Assembly (NCBI GenBank): GCA_964517585.1
Contig: CAZFCB010000001.1
Span: forward strand, 1,891-65,890
Direction of reading: 5' to 3'
From: an uncultured Candidatus Peribacteria bacterium
GTDB taxonomy: Bacteria; Patescibacteriota; Gracilibacteria; Peribacterales; Peribacteraceae
Length of the DNA: 64,000 nucleotides
Each line of letters begins with the position of its first letter. Positions within the stretch are counted from its first letter, which is position 1. The notes beneath the pieces were generated by a model. It was not told the DNA's origin, ran no database searches, and saw only the letters and a program-made list of their open reading frames with translations. The position numbers and the translations under genes are program-made. Below, piece after piece: positions 45,955-54,283 of this stretch.

Positions 45955-46620
45955 ATGAATATCGGACGAATCATCGGCCTGAGCGTTCTCCTCGTAGGCC
46001 TAGCAGCCTGCGGAGGCACAACCACGCTCACATATTCAGTGCACACGAAGATGAGTGACCCAGGGAAAGCTGCTGAAATATTTCAGGCAAGTGAACGAGT
46101 GATGTCGAGAAGACTGCCAAGTGCCGACGTGAAGGACTCGTTCGTGAAAGTCGTTCCTTCAGGAAAAGATGCAGCTGTCATGACGATAAAAGTACCGGAT
46201 GCTGCCGGAGCTGAAACAGCACACCGGATTCTAGCGGAGACATTCACCTTCGATATCCGCCTTGAGGGGCCGAAGCTTCCTGGTGATACAGCAGACGAAA
46301 CCAATTGGCTCGCAACTGGTATCGATGGATCGATGCTGCAATGGATTACTCCTGTCTCTAACCCCGATACCAATGAAATCGGCGTTGAGCTACTGTTTGA
46401 TGAAAAGGGTCATAAGCTTCTGGAAACAGCATTTAAAGGGAATAAAGGAAAACATGTCGGCATCTTCGTCCGAGATCTTCTCGTCTCAAATATGACGATC
46501 AGCGCTGAAACCGTTTCAGATCATATTCTCATCAGTGGCATTCCTTCTGAACGCGTCGCGCAAATTTTTGCCGATGACGTCAATGTTGGACTGCATGCTA
46601 TCTTTACTCCCGTAGAGTAA
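45955..46620 (+). CDS. lipoprotein with a SecD-P1-head-like C-terminal region
   Basis: Lipobox LLVGLAAC. KHVGIFVRDLLVSNMTISAETVSDHILISGIPSERVAQIFADDVNVG parallels PIAIFVGGEMVSAPTVQNEIIGGTAVITGSRTFEEARTLAQDLNTG in the adjacent SecD. Confidence 0.5.
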   Translation: MNIGRIIGLSVLLVGLAACGGTTTLTYSVHTKMSDPGKAAEIFQASERVMSRRLPSADVKDSFVKVVPSGKDAAVMTIKVPDAAGAETAHRILAETFTFDIRLEGPKLPGDTADETNWLATGIDGSMLQWITPVSNPDTNEIGVELLFDEKGHKLLETAFKGNKGKHVGIFVRDLLVSNMTISAETVSDHILISGIPSERVAQIFADDVNVGLHAIFTPVE

Positions 46621-46635
46621 TCCCCCTCCACTCTC

Positions 46636-49065
46636 ATGTCTTCCTCAGAACAACGTTCATCATTCTGGCCAATCGTTACCACGGTCGTCGTGGCCTTGTG
46701 TCTCATCATTGCTCTACCTGATTCGTACAAGCCATTTCTACCAGGAATCTTCAAGCAAGGACTTCACTTGGGCTTAGATCTCGCAGGGGGGACACAACTA
46801 GATTTCCGTATCTCAGAAGATGAAATTGTCACGCGCAGAGCGGAGATCGCTGCAGAGATTGATCAACTCAAAAAGAATGGCGGCGACAATAATAGTATTG
46901 TCAGCAAGCAAGTGGAGCTCCAAGCACTTGATGAACAGCACGCCAACTTAGTCGAAGCTATTCGAGGAGTGCTGGAGCGTCGTATCAACTCACTCGGTGT
47001 AAGCGAAGCGACCATCACGCCTTCCTATTTTGGCCCCGAAAAACATCTTCTCGTCGAATGCCCAGGCGTTGTAGACGTAAACCGTTGTATCCAGACAGTA
47101 GGAAAGACTATCCAACTTGAATTTAAAGAGCAGTACACGGAAACGCCTGTAGGTTATGAGGCAGGAGTTCGTGCGCAAGCTGATAAAGTCTATAAAGCCC
47201 TTCTGGGCACCGGAAGTCTGCAAGTCTACGGCCAAGACCTTAGTAGCCAACTTGGTGTCTCATATTTTGATAGTCGCCCACTCTTCGTATCGCAGCTACC
47301 GAAAGGCCTCGAAGCGCTTGCGAACCGATCACCGAATGATGCTGTCCTGAAAACTGAATCGTCTGTACAAACCGTTGCTCAAAATGCTGAAGGTCAACAG
47401 GAGGTGAAAGAAATCAAAGGTATCTATCTGACACAAGTTCTCGAAGGGAAAAAATTGGCTGCGCATCCTCTCACAAATCCTCGTGAAGCATTCGAAGAAA
47501 TAGCAAAGACCACGCCTGATGCAACTGTGGAGTCCAAATCCGCCATCGCTATCGATGCAACTCCAAAGGAACTGCAGCCAACTCTTCAGACAATGGAGAT
47601 TGGATCTCAGAAAGCATTAAGTTTAAATGCAGGACAGAGTGCAGTTGTATTTCTTGCAGGTCGTACCGAAGGTGCGCGGGAAATGACTGCGAGTCACATC
47701 CTCATCCAGTACAAAGGTGCCGAACGAGCTGATGCATCTGTATTACGCACGAAAGAAGAGGCGGCAGCATTGATCGAAGACATCAAAAAGCGGCTCGATG
47801 GTGGCGCTAGTTTCACGTCTATTGCACAAAAAGAATCTGATGGCCCATCGAAGGCGTCTGCAGGTTCTATTGGAGTGATCAGGGAAGGCGTGATGCCGGA
47901 GGCTTTTGAAAAGGCAGCATTTGCTCTGGAGCAAAATCGCATCAGCGGCATTGTTGAAACTCCGTTCGGCTTCCACATTATTCGCGCAGACAAGGCCCTC
48001 ACGACCACAAGTGCAAAAGTCACCTACGATGTTCTACGGCTCAAGAGTGATCTTGCGAGCGCTACTACTCTTTCCGAGACAGTCGAGAAAGGTGAGATAA
48101 CGAGAGAGGAAGATCAGATCGTCATTCGAGGACTCTTCTTCTCACTTGAACCTACAGGTTGGAAAGATACGGCTCTCAATGGTCAGCGTTTTCGCACCGC
48201 AAGCGTCACGGTTGATCCGGTGACCAATATCCCAGTCGTGCAAATTCAGTTTGATGAAAAAGGTGGCGAGCTCTTCCAAGAACTGACGAAGCGTAATATC
48301 GGTAAGCCGATCGCAATTTTCGTTGGCGGTGAAATGGTGTCCGCTCCGACGGTGCAAAATGAAATTATTGGCGGCACAGCAGTCATCACAGGAAGTAGAA
48401 CATTTGAGGAAGCTCGTACGCTCGCACAAGATCTGAATACCGGTGCTATCCCAGCGCCTATTTACCTTGTTGGACAGAGCACGATTGAAGCCACGCTTGG
48501 AGCAACTGCGTTGCAGCAGTCAGTCTATGCTGCGGCAATCGGCTTTCTGATCTTGTGTCTATTCATGATCATTATTTATCGATTACTCGGTGTCATCGCC
48601 TCGCTCGCTCTCGTGACATACGTTGTTATTCTCGTCGCAAGCACGAAGCTACCAATTCTTCTCATCTCGAATCAATACATTGTGCTCACGCTTGCCGGTA
48701 TCGCTGGCATCATCCTCAGCATGGGTATGGCAGTAGACGCAAATGTACTTGCGTTTGAACGCGTCAAGGAAGAACTGAGCAAAGGAAAAATGTTCAAGAC
48801 AGCAGTAGAAACTGGTTTCAAGAAAGCGTGGCCCAGCGTACGCGATGGTAACTTTTCAACCCTCATCACATGCGGCATCCTCTTTGCCATCGGTACGAGC
48901 ATCGTCCGAGGATTCGCAATTACGCTCAGCATCGGTATCTTCATCTCACTCTTCACCGGTATCATCGTTTCTCGTTGGCTCTGCAGAGTCATCGCACGTT
49001 CTCCTCTCGCAGAGAGGATCGACCTCTTCGGGGTCAAGCGATCAGAATCCGTTTCAAAAGAGTAG
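46636..49065 (+). CDS. secD: protein translocase subunit SecD with an embedded PpiC/parvulin domain
   Basis: LGLDLAGGTQL. P1 head IAIFVGGEMVSAPTVQNEIIGGTAVITG. TM2-6 with GIAGIILSMGMAVDANVLAFERVKEE. Residues ~348-455 (nt 47677-48000), MTASHILIQYKG..SAGSIGVIREGVMPEAFEKAAF..ETPFGFHIIR, look like a parvulin rotamase. Confidence 0.85.
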   Translation: MSSSEQRSSFWPIVTTVVVALCLIIALPDSYKPFLPGIFKQGLHLGLDLAGGTQLDFRISEDEIVTRRAEIAAEIDQLKKNGGDNNSIVSKQVELQALDEQHANLVEAIRGVLERRINSLGVSEATITPSYFGPEKHLLVECPGVVDVNRCIQTVGKTIQLEFKEQYTETPVGYEAGVRAQADKVYKALLGTGSLQVYGQDLSSQLGVSYFDSRPLFVSQLPKGLEALANRSPNDAVLKTESSVQTVAQNAEGQQEVKEIKGIYLTQVLEGKKLAAHPLTNPREAFEEIAKTTPDATVESKSAIAIDATPKELQPTLQTMEIGSQKALSLNAGQSAVVFLAGRTEGAREMTASHILIQYKGAERADASVLRTKEEAAALIEDIKKRLDGGASFTSIAQKESDGPSKASAGSIGVIREGVMPEAFEKAAFALEQNRISGIVETPFGFHIIRADKALTTTSAKVTYDVLRLKSDLASATTLSETVEKGEITREEDQIVIRGLFFSLEPTGWKDTALNGQRFRTASVTVDPVTNIPVVQIQFDEKGGELFQELTKRNIGKPIAIFVGGEMVSAPTVQNEIIGGTAVITGSRTFEEARTLAQDLNTGAIPAPIYLVGQSTIEATLGATALQQSVYAAAIGFLILCLFMIIIYRLLGVIASLALVTYVVILVASTKLPILLISNQYIVLTLAGIAGIILSMGMAVDANVLAFERVKEELSKGKMFKTAVETGFKKAWPSVRDGNFSTLITCGILFAIGTSIVRGFAITLSIGIFISLFTGIIVSRWLCRVIARSPLAERIDLFGVKRSESVSKE

Positions 49066-49074
49066 GATACGATC

Positions 49075-49419
49075 ATGGATTCCATCTTTCTCAAAGACAT
49101 CGAAGTCTGGACTCACATTGGCGTCCCAGACGCTGAACGTAAAAAGGCGCAAAAACTTCGTATATCAATCGAATTTTATACGTCACTACAGCCTGTGAGC
49201 TCGAGTGATGATGTGTCACATGGCATCGACTACAAAGCTGTCACTGAAGCGGTTGTAGCCCTAGGATTGACGGAAAGAAATACTCTGGAGCGTTTTGCTG
49301 AAGACGTAGCGACAATGGTTGTAAGCGCGTTCAAGCCCGAAGGTGGCGTAAAAGTCTCCGTTGCTAAAATACCAGATCTACCGCTCTCTGAAGCGACTAT
49401 TACCATCACCCGACCATAG
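49075..49419 (+). CDS. folB: dihydroneopterin aldolase
   Basis: 114 aa. IFLKDIEVWTHIGVPDAERKKAQKLRISIEF .. IDYKAV .. LERFAEDVA. Confidence 0.85.
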   Translation: MDSIFLKDIEVWTHIGVPDAERKKAQKLRISIEFYTSLQPVSSSDDVSHGIDYKAVTEAVVALGLTERNTLERFAEDVATMVVSAFKPEGGVKVSVAKIPDLPLSEATITITRP

Positions 49420-49904
49420 AAACAGTCTATATAGGCCTCGGCTCCAATATCGATCCTGAGAAAAATCTGCGGGCAGCCGCAACGATGCTTAGAAAAATAT
49501 TCAAAGGAATCCGATTTTCCTCTGTCTACCGAAGTGCAGCCCAACACATCACCGACCAAGCAGAGTTTCTGAACGGCGCTGCCGTTTTTGAAACAACACT
49601 CTCGCCGGAAAAAATTTCCGCTGAACTCAAGAAGATCGAAAAGAAGCTCAAGAAGAATCCGCCAAAAAAATTCGGCCCTCGAACCATCGACCTAGACTTA
49701 CTTCTCTACGGACAGGAAATTTCACTTGATGACGCACTCACGATCCCCCACCTTCGGCTCCACGCGCGCAAATTTGTCTTAGAGCCGCTCATCGAGCTCG
49801 GCGCCGGCGACGTGAATCACCCGGGTTTTGATCGAAAACTCAAAACATATCTAGAGGAAACGAAAGATCAGCACTGTGAGAAGACCAAGCTCAAGGGATT
49901 GTAA
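49416..49904 (+). CDS. folK: 2-amino-4-hydroxy-6-hydroxymethyldihydropteridine diphosphokinase (HPPK), probable non-canonical start
   Basis: TVYIGLGSNI (compare E. coli MTVAYIAIGSNL), FLNGAAVFET, GPRTIDLDLLLYG, IPHLRLHARKFVLEPL. The first ATG is at 49485, downstream of the GLGSN strand. The frame opens at 49392 and has only ATA codons (49416, 49431) as start candidates. Confidence 0.85.
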   Translation: METVYIGLGSNIDPEKNLRAAATMLRKIFKGIRFSSVYRSAAQHITDQAEFLNGAAVFETTLSPEKISAELKKIEKKLKKNPPKKFGPRTIDLDLLLYGQEISLDDALTIPHLRLHARKFVLEPLIELGAGDVNHPGFDRKLKTYLEETKDQHCEKTKLKGL

Positions 49905-50037
49905 AACCCACGCCAAGGGCAGGCGCGCGCAGCAGTGGGGGCCTAGAGGGTAAGCCTCGTTCGCCGCAGCGAACGGGCGGGGTATCTGCGCGCACGCGTT
50001 TTTTTGATCCTTTTTTGTCGCTCGGACAAAAAAGGAC
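49895..50037 (+). repeat. structured intergenic element, copy 3 of 3
   Basis: Its 5' end overlaps the last folK codons and the stop. Its 3' hairpin abuts the folE promoter. Confidence 0.8.
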
Positions 50038-50051
50038 AAACGAGATATAAT
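50023..50051 (+). promoter_or_regulatory. candidate folE promoter (CGGACA, 17-nt spacer, TATAAT)
   Basis: The -35 lies inside the 3' hairpin of repeat copy 3. The -10 ends 9 nt before the ATG at 50061. Confidence 0.4.
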
Positions 50052-50060
50052 GCTCATCCC

Positions 50061-50603
50061 ATGGAACAGCTCTTCAAAGCCCTCCTCCAAAAAATCGGCG
50101 AAGATCCAGGCCGTCCAGGGCTACAAAAAACGCCGAAACGCATGGGTGAAGCAATGAAATTTCTCACGTCAGGTTACGATCAAGACCTAAAAAAAATAGT
50201 GAATGGCGCACTCTTCCCTGCTGATACAGATGGCATGATCATCGTGAAAGACATCGAGTGTTACTCGCTCTGCGAACATCACATGCTGCCTTTCACTGGG
50301 AAAGTGCACGTCGGTTACATTCCGGATGGAAAGATCATTGGCCTCAGCAAAATACCGAGAATCGTCGATATGTTTGCCCGCAGACTTCAAGTCCAAGAAC
50401 GCCTCGGTCAGCAGATTTGCGACACTCTCAAAGAAGTCCTGAAACCGGTCGGCATTGGGGTTGTCATTGAGGCGAGTCACTTCTGTATGATGATGCGTGG
50501 AGTGGAGAAGCAACACTCGGTAGCGGTCACAAGCCACGTTGCAGGAAGCTTCAAACGGGATGCTCGGACACGGCAGGAGTTTTTGGATTTGATACGGAGT
50601 TGA
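50061..50603 (+). CDS. folE: GTP cyclohydrolase I
   Basis: [38 protein letters not shown]. The track ORF starts at 50004, inside the repeat. Confidence 0.92.
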   Translation: MEQLFKALLQKIGEDPGRPGLQKTPKRMGEAMKFLTSGYDQDLKKIVNGALFPADTDGMIIVKDIECYSLCEHHMLPFTGKVHVGYIPDGKIIGLSKIPRIVDMFARRLQVQERLGQQICDTLKEVLKPVGIGVVIEASHFCMMMRGVEKQHSVAVTSHVAGSFKRDARTRQEFLDLIRS

Positions 50604-50645
50604 AGGTGCAAGGCCATGACGAATGGTAGCTAAATTCTGTAAATA

Positions 50646-50654
50646 TGCTATAAT
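50646..50654 (+). promoter_or_regulatory. extended -10 box (TGCTATAAT)
   Basis: TGnTATAAT match about 210 nt upstream of the GTG at 50862 and at the head of the in-frame open stretch. Confidence 0.4.
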
Positions 50655-50861
50655 AAACGTATTATTACTGACACTCCTAAAGGGCAGGCTGAAAGTCTTC
50701 CTAAATTACCGAAGTTACACGAGGCGCTTGGCGCTAAGCTTAGTACTGCATTAGCAGAAAGCGGTTCAGGGAACGAAAGTCTCAGCAGTCTTCTGAAAGA
50801 GCCAGATATCGCACTCCTTGCTAAGGCGCTTAAAGAAGATCCTGAAGGCAAGAATACGAAG

Positions 50862-51680
50862 GTGGAAATGGTAGAAGTCCCTCAAGGTGATGATGCAGGT
50901 TTCAATGAATGGATGGAGAAATACATGAGCATCTTCACAGATCCGAAAGACATGGAGGATCCGGATACGATTCGAAGGTATTGGGAGGCTGGCACCGCAA
51001 TTCTGTATATGGTGGAAGCAGAAATGCAGGCGGACGATCAACGGATCATCAGAAAAAAAATTGGTATGACGCTCACAGTCATCAATGAAAACGTACCAGA
51101 TGCTGCGTATGTCCCGTACGCTGGCATCGATAAAGAATTCCAAGGAATCGGTAGCTACAGCCGAGCATTGTTGCACAATGAGGAAGCTCTTCAAAGGAGA
51201 GGGGTAAAGGTCGTGATGATCGACTGTGAAGATGGAACGAGATTGGATGGATTTAGGGAAGCTTATCCAGGCAAGACAGATGTGCAAATTGCAAAACGAT
51301 GCAATGAAAGACTGCACTTTTGGATCAAAAACGGTTATGTCTTCGTCGATAATGATCCAGATGTGCAGTACTGTCGGCCAAGGAGCGACGATACAGCGCA
51401 GATACAGGCCTACGATCTCCAAGGCATCAGAATCCTCGGGCAAGATTCAGAATATGAGCAATACTTTCTCTTAGATGCTGCTGGCAAAAAAACACACATC
51501 ACGAAAGCTGGTTACAGAAAGTTGTACCTTGCGTTGCATACCATTGATGAACGTAGTGATGGGAATGAGGCAGACTTGCGTTCGCGTTTCCCGGCAATTG
51601 ACAACTTTCTCACGGCGCTGGATGCATCATCGAAAAATGAGTTTGCGCTCTTCAAAGATGCCATTGCAGACAAAAAATGA
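50862..51680 (+). CDS. hypothetical protein with GNAT-like core; may extend upstream to ~50643
   Basis: AGIDKEFQGIGSYSRALLHNEEALQRRGVKVVMIDCED resembles GNAT motif A. 73 in-frame stop-free codons precede the GTG. Confidence 0.55.
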   Translation: MEMVEVPQGDDAGFNEWMEKYMSIFTDPKDMEDPDTIRRYWEAGTAILYMVEAEMQADDQRIIRKKIGMTLTVINENVPDAAYVPYAGIDKEFQGIGSYSRALLHNEEALQRRGVKVVMIDCEDGTRLDGFREAYPGKTDVQIAKRCNERLHFWIKNGYVFVDNDPDVQYCRPRSDDTAQIQAYDLQGIRILGQDSEYEQYFLLDAAGKKTHITKAGYRKLYLALHTIDERSDGNEADLRSRFPAIDNFLTALDASSKNEFALFKDAIADKK

Positions 51681-51714
51681 GAGACGAGCAATATTCATAC
51701 TCTTGAAATCTACC

Positions 51715-51742
51715 AAAAAAAGAGGCATTCGCCTCTTTTTGG
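51715..51742. terminator. bidirectional intrinsic terminator between convergent genes
   Basis: AAAAAAAGAGGC attc GCCTCTTTTTGG. Confidence 0.7.
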
Positions 51743-51754
51743 TTTCCCAGATTT

Positions 51755-52555
51755 CTACGCAGCAAGGACTTTGTCGATACCTTCAGGCAGCTTCCCTTGA
51801 TTCCTAGCGGCAGAAACGATCTCGTCATCACTCATGCCAACAGCACGGCCCTCATCCAACATACGTTCGTAAGTGATCCCAGGAGTCTTTCGCCATACAA
51901 GCTGCTGCATATGCTCCCCAGCGTGAGAGCCACCTTTACGAATGTAGGAATCCACTTCTTCTGCGCCTAATTTCTTCACCATACGCTCTCCTTCTTTGTA
52001 GTCTTGTTCAGGCGCATCGGTACGGACAATACCGTACTCATGCTGAATATTGATGCCGACATTGCCTTCGAATGCCGCCGTAGAACTCTGCTGCTTATCG
52101 TCGATAATGACATTCACGCGGGCGGTAGGGTCCTGGCTTGGATGACCAATGTCCGGCTTATTCTCCTCTACAACGAGGGCAAGAGTCTTTCGTGTGTTAT
52201 TGACGATCTGGTCGGGCGTGAATTGCTCCTTCACCGCTTCCGCCTCTCCCGTAGCAAAGGTGTGCCTGCCCAAAACACCGCTACCCAAATCGTCTTCGAG
52301 CTTCACGTTGTCATGGCCGCCGGATTCCGTCGCTTCATCGAGTGAGATCTTAAGTTCCTGCATACGCGTTGTCGCCTCCTCATCTTCGCCGGTCTCCTGC
52401 ATCAAGCCATCAAGTTCACGGCGAACTTCTCCGACGGTTTTCGCAGTCGCAAGTTTCTCATTGTAGAGAGCATCTGCGAGTTCCGCTCCCTGCGGCATTG
52501 TTTCAGCCGATGATGTTGATTCGTTACGTTCCATGATTGACACCATTGTCGTCAT
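51755..52555 (-). CDS. hypothetical acidic protein (266 aa)
   Basis: Long ORF, protein-like composition, no family recognised. Confidence 0.5.
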   Translation of the reverse strand: MTTMVSIMERNESTSSAETMPQGAELADALYNEKLATAKTVGEVRRELDGLMQETGEDEEATTRMQELKISLDEATESGGHDNVKLEDDLGSGVLGRHTFATGEAEAVKEQFTPDQIVNNTRKTLALVVEENKPDIGHPSQDPTARVNVIIDDKQQSSTAAFEGNVGINIQHEYGIVRTDAPEQDYKEGERMVKKLGAEEVDSYIRKGGSHAGEHMQQLVWRKTPGITYERMLDEGRAVGMSDDEIVSAARNQGKLPEGIDKVLAA

Positions 52556-52647
52556 ATTTGGCGCTCACGATAGAAAAGAGAAAACCGAAGTGCGATGGCA
52601 CGCAGAATACGAGTCTGGAAGCCGCGTATCGGGATGATCCGAAGTGC

Positions 52648-54234
52648 CTACTTCTTGGACTGACCGTTCTTTCCGTTCTTCCCAAGTGCATCTTTTTCGA
52701 GCATTTTGTAGACAGTCAGCTTCGTCATTGGTTGCTTATCCTGTCCGCTGTGACCATTTTTCGAGTTCCGTGCGTCTTTCTTCACTTTTCCTTTCCAGAT
52801 TTTATCGATGTTCACACGATACATGTTGTGATACTTTTCAAGTTCGTCAGGACCAGCCATCTTGAGGACATCGAGCTCTGGCGCGAACATTTCCGAGTAA
52901 CGATCGCGACGTCTGATCAATTTCGCAGAACCATCTTCATACAACATGATCATCCCAGGACGACGAATGGTATTGAAGTTACTGGACATCACCTGCGCAT
53001 ACGCGCCAACGTCCATGGCGGCAAGTAGATCTCCTTGGCGAAGCTTGGGCATATCAATATCTCGGCGAATAATGTCCCAACAGTCACACGTGTTACCGGC
53101 AATATTGACGGTGTGAATTCTACGTTCGTTCATTTTGGAAGCAGGCAGGATATCGTAATGAACACCGGGCTGAATGAGAGCATCAGGAATGAAGTTGTAC
53201 GTACTGCCATCGGCGATTACCATCCGACTACTCTTGCCGAGGCGCTTCTTACTAATGACTTTCATGAGCCCGATACCAGAGTTCATAACGATGCTCTTGC
53301 CGGGTTCAAAAATGAGCTGGAGCGGCGGAATGTTGTACTGGTGCATGAGGCGCGTAAAGTACCGCGGAAAATCTTTCATTTTTTCAATCGGGAAAGCATC
53401 TTCTTCACCAATAGCTGCAGGAAAACCACCGCCAAGTGACAGGCTTTGCACGCGGATGCCTTTATCAAGACACCTGCGAATAAGTTTCGCAAACGTACGT
53501 GCCGCCATCTTGAACACTTTCGGGTTATAAACATATCCCCCCATGAAATGGAAGCCTTTGAAGTCAACGTACGGACTGTTTCGTGCCATGTCGATGGCCC
53601 GCTCAACGTAGTTTATTGGGATGCCATACTTATTACCTTTCGTAGAATAGTGACCAAACTCGATCATCGGGTTCACACGAATGACGGTATCAATGTGCTT
53701 ACGAAGTTTCTTGGCGGTTGCAGCAATATGCTCAATCTCTTCGAGGGAATCAGCAGTAATAGACTGCACGCCAATCTTGATAGCAAAGTGAATGTCTTGT
53801 TCGGTCTTAAAGAGATTCGTAAACGTCAGCTGTTTTGGCCTAAAGTCCGCGAGTAGTCCGAGAATAAGTTCGCCGACGGAGGAGCAGTCCAATTCGAAAC
53901 CTTCCTTACGGACAATACGAAGTATCTCAAGGTTACTATTGCATTTCACTGCGTATTGAAGCGCAATGTCGGAACCGAAAACTTTTTTAAATCTCCTAAG
54001 CCGCGAGCGAATTTCGCTCTCAACGAGGACGTAAAGCGCAGTACCGTACTTCTCCACGATCTTATCAATAGGAACACCTTCAATGAGCATCATGCCTTTT
54101 GAATCCTGACTCACGAAACGTTCCCAGCGAGGCCGCATGTAGCGAGAACTAACTTTGTGAGGTCTCACTTGCTTGAATTTGTGGTGGCCCGAAGGGCGCT
54201 TAGGCATGGAGAGAGAAAACTGAACAGATCGCAA
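52648..54234 (-). CDS. PLP-dependent Orn/DAP/Arg decarboxylase family (alanine-racemase fold); candidate arginine decarboxylase
   Basis: YAVKCNSN (PLP lysine), SLGGGF, EPGKSIV, GNTCDCWD. Basic N-terminal extension and a Lys-rich C-terminal tail of about 80 aa. Substrate is inferred from the aguA/aguB context. Confidence 0.75.
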   Translation of the reverse strand: MRSVQFSLSMPKRPSGHHKFKQVRPHKVSSRYMRPRWERFVSQDSKGMMLIEGVPIDKIVEKYGTALYVLVESEIRSRLRRFKKVFGSDIALQYAVKCNSNLEILRIVRKEGFELDCSSVGELILGLLADFRPKQLTFTNLFKTEQDIHFAIKIGVQSITADSLEEIEHIAATAKKLRKHIDTVIRVNPMIEFGHYSTKGNKYGIPINYVERAIDMARNSPYVDFKGFHFMGGYVYNPKVFKMAARTFAKLIRRCLDKGIRVQSLSLGGGFPAAIGEEDAFPIEKMKDFPRYFTRLMHQYNIPPLQLIFEPGKSIVMNSGIGLMKVISKKRLGKSSRMVIADGSTYNFIPDALIQPGVHYDILPASKMNERRIHTVNIAGNTCDCWDIIRRDIDMPKLRQGDLLAAMDVGAYAQVMSSNFNTIRRPGMIMLYEDGSAKLIRRRDRYSEMFAPELDVLKMAGPDELEKYHNMYRVNIDKIWKGKVKKDARNSKNGHSGQDKQPMTKLTVYKMLEKDALGKNGKNGQSKK

Positions 54235-54283
54235 TTATAGTTAGTGCTGACTGTGTGTAAAGAAGAATTCGCCGTCTCTGCTT

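Noticed and set aside
49895-50061. THF/folate riboswitch upstream of folE.
   Set aside because: The same element follows two unrelated genes (a nuclease and a methyltransferase) between convergent genes, where no downstream gene could be regulated. I also see none of the THF riboswitch features I recognise.
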